Below are positions 57,918-64,000 of a DNA stretch of 64,000 nucleotides, piece by piece. The notes below the pieces were generated by a model. That model had not been told where the DNA came from and made no database searches. It was given only the letters and a program-made list of their open reading frames with translations. Numbering within the stretch: position 1 is the first letter of the stretch; each line of letters starts with the position of its first letter. Location of the stretch: NCBI RefSeq assembly GCF_009914755.1, contig NC_060927.1; one strand, 5' to 3'. Source of the DNA: the human T2T-CHM13v2.0 reference genome, Homo sapiens. Both the position numbers and the translations under genes were made by a program.

Positions 57918-58229
57918 TTTTGCTATTGCTTTTTCGTTTTCTTTTGTTTCGTTTCGATTCCAAGTTCTGGGGTATATGTGCAGGATGTGCAGATTTGTTA
58001 CTAAGGTAAACGTGTGCCATGGTGGTTTGCTGCACCTGTCAACCCGTCACCTAGGTATTAAGCCCAGCATGCAGTAGCTGTTTTTCTTAACGCTCTGCCT
58101 CCCGAAAGGCCCCAGTGTTTGTTGTTCCCCTTCCTGTGTCCATGGGATCTCACTTTTCAGCTCCCATTATAAGTGAGAAGGTGGCGTTTGGTTTTCTTTC
58201 CCTGGATTAGTTTGCTGACGATAATGACC
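57918..58229 (-). mobile_element. L1PA 3' fragment
   Basis: Copy of 1451-1762. Confidence 0.9.
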
Positions 58230-59145
58230 ACACATCACCACTGTTTTTGTTTTTTAGTATAAAGAGTAGTATTTTATTGAATAAGATTTGCTCACAGAAA
58301 AATAAGCTTAAATCTACAATGAATGCCAGACCCTACAGCAGAAAGCAATTTTCTCACTTTTCCACACACAATGGTTCCTACTAAGTGAAAAAAAAGCCAT
58401 AAAATTTCATTCACAAATGTACTACTCTGTCTCAAAACATCTCACGTAATCATGCACTGTACTAAAGCCATCAGATCAGTTCTTCAGTCAGGTTAAAGAA
58501 GTATCCCTCTAATAACTGACTTTTATAATGCTATCAATATCCACTCCCAATCAGTCTGCCATTGTTAATGGTGTACAGCATTACTGAATACAACGGAATT
58601 GATGACGCCCATATCCACAGACAAACCGTGACTTATGATGGTTTGATTTATGATTTTTCAACGTTATGATGGGTTTATTGGAATATTAGATTCGTTTCTG
58701 AGTTACACTGGGTTTATGAGTATGCGACCCTACACTCCAGAAACAGCTGTATAAGGAAAAACAGGTGTACCTAATAAAAATATGCTTAGTGACTTGGGAT
58801 AAACCAATAGAAGTTCACAAGTGATGGAGAGCCGTGAAAGAGAGATAGCGGTAAATAGTTACAATAACACAATTTTCCTGCACCTGTCGAGGATTTCCCC
58901 CAACAAACGCAGAATGTGGGATGCACCTAAGGCATATGAAAGAGAGAGGGCAGAAGGAGTAAGAGAGAAATAGGAGGAAGGAAGGAAGGAAGCAAGGAAG
59001 AAAGGAAGGAAGGAAAGAAGGAAGGTAGGAAGGAAGGAAGGAAGGAAGGAAGGAAGGAAGGAAGGAAGGAAAGAAGGATGAAAGGAAGGAGAAAACACCG
59101 GTGTTACTAAAACCCCCCAAAAAATGGTTTCCCCCTGTGGGTAAG

Positions 59146-59487
59146 CCTACAATGTGGATGAATCTTGAAAATATTGTGCTACGTGTTATGTCAGTCATAG
59201 CAGCTCACCTATTGTGCAATTCCGTTTATAGGAAATGTCCACAATATGGAAATCTATGCATATGGGATTGATCGCACTAGGAAGTTGCTACCTAGGGCTG
59301 AGGGTCAGGGAGAGGGTTTGAGACAGAATGAGGAGTGACTAATGTCTACAGGGTCTTTCTCTGGTCGGGGGTGATAAGACGTTTTACAATGGATTGCGAA
59401 TTAAAATTGAATGTGCACAACCACAGGTATACTAAAAGCCACTCAATTCATGACCTTTAATGGGGGAATCTTACGTGGCGTAGTCTC
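59146..59487 (+). mobile_element. L1MB 3' fragment
   Basis: Copy of 2679-3020. Confidence 0.8.
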
Positions 59488-59687
59488 ATGGAGACCACGG
59501 CAGACATAGTGAGAGAGAAAAAGGTGAGTAAATATCTGAAACGGAGGCAGAAACAGAGAGAATGAAAAGCCCTGTGAATGGAAGGGAGAGCGAAAAGGGA
59601 AAATGGTCCTATTTACAAATGACAGATGTGAAACTGGGGTTCACATCAACAGTGTCACTGCCAGGAAGGAGGGTCATGCTAGCCATG

Positions 59688-62669
59688 TCACCGGTAGTGT
59701 GGCCCGCAGGGACGCCGACCTGCTGGAGCGTCGTGCCAGCATGGGCTGTGGCAAGCACGTGGGACAGCAGGAGGTTCCCGCTGCACAGCTGTGGGGTGAG
59801 GATAGACTGGGTGGTGATATCGGCGATTACAGGGGCCTCTTCTGCTGGCAAGAGTGTGACAGTAGCAAGTAGATGGACAGGCCTGCGTGTGAGGACGGAA
59901 TGCAGGAGGGGTTCTTGTGCGCCTGGGTGTGGGGCCCTCACGGGACCCGTGGAGAAATGGCCAGGTAACTGCGTCATGTGGGCTAGTAGATTGGCCAGGG
60001 CTTCGAACTGAAGGACGATAATGGGGAGTAGCTGTCAGGCCCTGGGAGTGCCTGAGTGTAAGTGGAGATGGGTTTGGGGTCACTGAGGGATGCGTGGGAG
60101 CCATCCCTGTATAGGTACAGGTCATAGGGAGATAGTCTCGTGAGGCCTGTGAGTGTCTAGGGTTGTCCTGGGTGCCTGGGGCTGACTGTGGCAGAAATCT
60201 GGGGAAGGCTGGAGAGAAGCTGGGAGACCCAGGAGAGTCCCTGAAGGCAGGGGGTGAAGAGGTGAAAGAAATGGGGGAGGGTTGCAGTAAGGTCCGTGAG
60301 TTTGTAGGTGATTCCTGGGTGCGGGAAGCTGACTCCAGGTGAAATCTGGAGATGGTTGGAGAGTAGCTGAGAGAGACAGAAGAGTCCCTGAGGGCTGGGG
60401 GTGAGAACATGAGGGAGACGGGGGAGTAAGTCAGTGAAATTCGTGAGTTCGGTGGTGTATCGTGGGTGCCTGGAACTGACTCCAGCTGGAATCTAGAGAA
60501 GTTTTGAGAGTAGCTGAAGGAGACACAAGAGTCCCTGTGGGCTGAGGGCAAAGACCTGAGAGAGACCAGGGAGGACCTCAGTGAAGTCTGTGAGTCTGTA
60601 GGTGATTCCGGAGTGTGGGAGGCTGACTCCCGCTGAAATCTGGGCGTGGTGGGAGAGTAGCTGGGACAGACAGGAGAGTCCCAGGGGGCTGGGGGTGAAG
60701 ACATGAGAGAGACTGGGGAGTAACTCAGTGAAATTGCTGAGTTGGTTGGTGATACCTGGGTGCCTGGAACTGACCCCCGCTGAAATCTGGGCATGGTTGG
60801 AGAGTAGCTGGGACACACAGGAGAGTCCCTGAGGGCTGGGGGTGAAGACATGAGCGAGACCGGGGAGTAACTGAGTGAAACTGGTGAGTTTGGTGGTGAC
60901 TCCGGGGTGCCTGGAACTGACTCCAGCTGAAATGTGGGCGTGGTTGGAGAGTAGCTGGGACAGACAGGAGAGTCCCTGAGGACTGGTGAAGACATGAGAG
61001 AGAGTGGAGAGTAATTGAGTGAAATTGGTGAGTTTGGTGGTGATTCCTGGGTGCCTGGAACTGACTCCCGCTGAAGTGTGGGCGTGGTTGGAGAGTAGCT
61101 GGGACACACAGGAGAGTCCCTGAGGGTTGGAGATAAAGACGTGCTAGAGACTGAGGAGTAACTGAGTGAAATTGGTGAGTTTGGTGGTGATTCCGGGGTG
61201 CCTGGAACGGACTCCAGCTGAAATGTGGGCGTGGTTGGAGAGTAGCTGGGACAGACGGGAGAGTCCCTGAGGGATGGTGAAGACATGAGAGAGACTGGGG
61301 AGTAACGCAGTGAAATTGGTGAGTTTGGTGGTGATTTCTGGGTGTCTGCAACGGACTCCCGCTGAAGTGTGGGCGTGCTTGGAGAGTAGCTGGGACAGAC
61401 AGGCGAGTCCCTGAGGGTTGGAGATAAAGACGTGCTGGAGACTGGGGAGTAACTCAGTGAAAGTGGTGGGCTTGGTGGTGATCCCAGGGTTCCTGGAACT
61501 GACCCGCGCTGAAATGTGGGCGTGGTTGGAGAGTAGCTGGGACAGACTGGAGGGTCCGTAAGGGCTGGGGGTGAAGACGTGAGAGAGACTGGCGAGGATC
61601 TCACTGAGGTCTGTGAGTTTGTAGGTGTTTCTGGGGTGTGGGGTACAGACTCCCGCTGAAATCTGGGCGTAGTTGGAGAGTAGCTGGGACAGACAGGAGA
61701 GTCATGGGTGGCTGGGGATGAGCTGCTGGATGATGGCAGTAAGAACATATGGTACATTATTGATGAATGAGGTGACTGTGAAGAATCTCCAGAGGAGGAC
61801 ACGGGAGAACACAATGACATGAGTGACTGTCCTGCTTGGTTAGGAAAGGGAAACGTAAAGTTGTGGAATTCTGTTGATGATGGATGTGAGAGTGGTGAAG
61901 CCCTGCGGGATGATGTAGAGGACTTCCACATCCCTGGTGAGGAGCTGCCCCTTGGGTCTGAGTTTCTGGGAGGGGAGAGGGAGAAGCTGGGTGAGGCAGG
62001 CATGAATCTTGAGGAGTCAGGGCTGGGGGACCGCTCATATTCTCCCGAGACCTGTGAGTCTCTGGGGGACTCCTGGGTGCATGGGGCTGGCTCCCGCAGG
62101 AACCTGGGGATGGCTGGAGAGTAACTGGGAGCCACAGGAGGGTCCCTGAGGCCTGGGGGTGAAGAGATGCAAGACACAGGGGTGGAGCAGCGTGAGGCTC
62201 GTGAGTTTGTAGGTGATTCCTGGGTGTGGGGGGCTGACTCCAGCTGAAATCTGGGGTTGTTTGGAGAGTAGCTGGGAGACACAGGAGACCCCCCGAGAGC
62301 TGGGGGTGAGCTGCTGGGTGATGGCAGTAAGAACATGTGGTATATTATTGATGAACGTGGGGACTCTGAGGAGTCCTCAGAGGAGGACACGGCAGAGCCC
62401 AATGGCTTCATTGATTGCCCATCACGGTGAGGACAGGGAAATGGGAGCTTGTGGGATTCTGGTGATGACAGAGGTGAGTGTGGTGAAGCCCTAGGGGATG
62501 GTGAATGGTAGTTCCGGATCCCTGGTGAGGAGCTTCCCCTTAAGCCTGAGTTTCTGAGAGGGGAGAGGGAGAAGCTGGGTGAGGCTCGCATGGACCTTGG
62601 GGTGTCCGTGCTGGGGGACCGTTCATAAGAAGAGCCAGACAAGACCCTACTGTTCTTAGGTGCAGACAT
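59688..62669 (-). CDS. 993-aa CTD-like repeat protein, copy 10
   Basis: Intact ORF. Confidence 0.7.
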   Translation of the reverse strand: MSAPKNSRVLSGSSYERSPSTDTPRSMRASPSFSLSPLRNSGLRGSSSPGIRNYHSPSPRASPHSPLSSPESHKLPFPCPHRDGQSMKPLGSAVSSSEDSSESPRSSIIYHMFLLPSPSSSPPALGGSPVSPSYSPNNPRFQLESAPHTQESPTNSRASRCSTPVSCISSPPGLRDPPVAPSYSPAIPRFLREPAPCTQESPRDSQVSGEYERSPSPDSSRFMPASPSFSLSPPRNSDPRGSSSPGMWKSSTSSRRASPLSHPSSTEFHNFTFPFPNQAGQSLMSLCSPVSSSGDSSQSPHSSIMYHMFLLPSSSSSSPATHDSPVCPSYSPTTPRFQRESVPHTPETPTNSQTSVRSSPVSLTSSPPALTDPPVCPSYSPTTPTFQRGSVPGTLGSPPSPPLSLSYSPVSSTSLSPTLRDSPVCPSYSPSTPTLQRESVADTQKSPPNSPISLRYSPVSLMSSPSLRDSPVCPSYSPTTPTFQLESVPGTPESPPNSPISLSYSSVSSTSLSPTLRDSPVCPSYSPTTPTLQRESVPGTQESPPNSPISLNYSPLSLMSSPVLRDSPVCPSYSPTTPTFQLESVPGTPESPPNSPVSLSYSPVSLMSSPPALRDSPVCPSYSPTMPRFQRGSVPGTQVSPTNSAISLSYSPVSLMSSPPAPWDSPVCPSYSPTTPRFQRESASHTPESPTDSQTSLRSSLVSLRSLPSAHRDSCVSFSYSQNFSRFQLESVPGTHDTPPNSRISLTYSPVSLMFSPPALRDSSVSLSYSPTISRFHLESASRTQESPTNSRTLLQPSPISFTSSPPAFRDSPGSPSFSPAFPRFLPQSAPGTQDNPRHSQASRDYLPMTCTYTGMAPTHPSVTPNPSPLTLRHSQGLTATPHYRPSVRSPGQSTSPHDAVTWPFLHGSREGPTPRRTRTPPAFRPHTQACPSTCYCHTLASRRGPCNRRYHHPVYPHPTAVQREPPAVPRACHSPCWHDAPAGRRPCGPHYR
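60137..61722 (-). repeat. ACRO1-like array, 11 monomers
   Basis: As unit 1. Confidence 0.9.
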
Positions 62670-62982
62670 GATTAGGAAACCTGCAGCTCCCAGGGGCCCC
62701 CACTAATGTTCTAACTCGCAGAAGGAAGGAGTGTGTGTGCGTGTGTGCGTGTGCGTGTGTGTGTGTGTGTGTGTTTGTGTGTGTGCAGTGTGAGGTATGG
62801 GCCCCTTAAGGAAATGGAAATCAACCAACCAATGGGACAGACAGACAGACAGACAGACAGAGATTCACTTGCCCAAGTGTTCTGTCCTGTCCTCTGAATC
62901 CGCTTTCAAGTCGCAAGACGCTGTGAGCTCCAAGTCCACGCAGAGTCCGCCAAACGCTCCGGCCGCTGATCGGCTCCGCGAA

Positions 62983-63051
62983 GATCTGAGTACAGGCCAG
63001 CCAGGGTGGGTTTAAATAGCCTCGGGCGCAGCCTAGCAGCGGAAAGGGCGG
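62983..63051 (-). promoter_or_regulatory. Core promoter, copy 10 (predicted TSS 62987)
   Basis: Same motifs. Confidence 0.65.
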
Positions 63052-63610
63052 AGCTTCACTCCTCCTTTCCATCAGTCACCCCCAACTTTCCCAGGCTACA
63101 CCTCGTAGGAAACTGTTCTCCTGCTTTGATTTCATGCGCCACCTTTGGGACAATCTAAGAACTTACAGGTTTTCTTGGCCAGATTTATTAGGAATTGTAT
63201 GCACTGAAACACTGAAAACCAACTAGTGGTTCTGTGCTTCCCACGTTGTGGTTTTGACACCAGCAGCATCCTTGCCACAATCAAACCCCGGAGATCCGCA
63301 GATCTGTGTTGTAACAAGACCTCCCCCTGACCCTGAAGCATGGCAGTTGAAGAAGTCTTTCCGTGTAAGCGAAAAGACTTTGAAGAAAAGGTGGAGATAT
63401 GCGTTGTATAAACATTCTTTTGCTCTGGAACCACGTAGAGACTTGGGAGCCAGTTGGGTGGAGCATTCGTTGGATGAGGGTGCTCGGGTTAGGAATATCA
63501 AGGTGTTTCTCCAGATAATCCAATCATCTAATTAAGATTCCAGTTATGCTCATCTGTTTTAAAATTCCGTTTGGGTAAATTCTTTTAGTCAGACTGAGAA
63601 TGGCAAAGCC

Positions 63611-64000
63611 TCAACCCCAATTTCCAGGGAGGGTGGAGAGCCTCAGGTGGAGTTGATCACCAATAGCCTATGGTTTAACCCATCATGCCTATAGAATGTG
63701 GTCTCCATCAAAACCCAAAAGGACTGGGTTCAGAGAGCTTCTGGATAACACTTCCTGGAAGGTAGTGCGCCCCTCCCCGCATGGCGGGCCCCACATTTAT
63801 TTCTGAACTTTGTGCAATGTCCGCTAAAATACAACGGCAAATGTAAGTGATTCCCTGCGTGCTGTGAGCTCTTCCAGCAAATGAATGCAACTAAATCTGG
63901 GAGTGGTGGCAACCTGATTTATAGCCAGTTGCTGAGAAGCACAGGTAAAACAACGTAGGGCTTCCCATTGTTATTGGTGTGGGAGGCCTGTCTGGCGGGA
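63611..64000 (+). mobile_element. MER21-family LTR remnant (cut by window end)
   Basis: Copy of 832-1221. Confidence 0.75.

Larger units (their letters stand above)
1..64000. repeat. Tandem macrosatellite, ~6.3-kb composite unit x ~10.2 copies (resembles acrocentric ACRO composite repeat)
   Basis: The same ORF set recurs every 6162-6314 bp; units differ only by scattered SNPs, microsatellite length, a 144-bp indel and a 13-bp indel. The ACRO name is from recall of the 147-bp ACRO1 monomer. Confidence 0.97.

Noticed and set aside
3221-62669. Purifying selection inferred from 10 of 10 intact copies
   Set aside because: The copies are too similar to be informative. By eye about 11 amino-acid-changing vs about 5 silent differences, compatible with neutrality; cross-species data are needed.
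1-64000. Array as an assembly artefact, or as rDNA/D4Z4
   Set aside because: Units carry distinct, structured SNP and indel haplotypes; no rRNA sequence or homeodomain ORF was seen

Overview
Primate (human or great-ape-like) DNA. The whole window is a head-to-tail macrosatellite of about 10.2 near-identical units; ORF-start spacing is 6306, 6306, 6162, 6310, 6168, 6306, 6306, 6304 and 6299 bp. Each unit is a composite of a CpG-rich promoter-like segment, a MER21-type LTR remnant, an L1PA 3' fragment, an unexplained AT-rich segment ending in AATAAA plus an A-rich tract, a MER47/Tigger-like MITE, a (GGAA)n tract, an L1MB 3' fragment, and a 144/147-bp tandem array resembling the ACRO1 satellite. 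From memory this matches the acrocentric ACRO composite repeat (not verified). The key observation is that the satellite sits inside an intact 993-aa minus-strand ORF in all 10 units (945 aa in two). The 49-aa repeat is exactly 7 heptads in the register of the RNA polymerase II CTD (YSPTSPS). Each ORF is preceded by a GC box, a TATA box at -31 and an Inr, with no upstream AUG in the leader, and a perfect DUX4-type motif lies about 530 bp upstream. Inference: an amplified, possibly early-embryo or germline gene family encoding a disordered Pol II CTD-like protein, hidden in what is normally masked as satellite. Expression and function cannot be shown from sequence alone.
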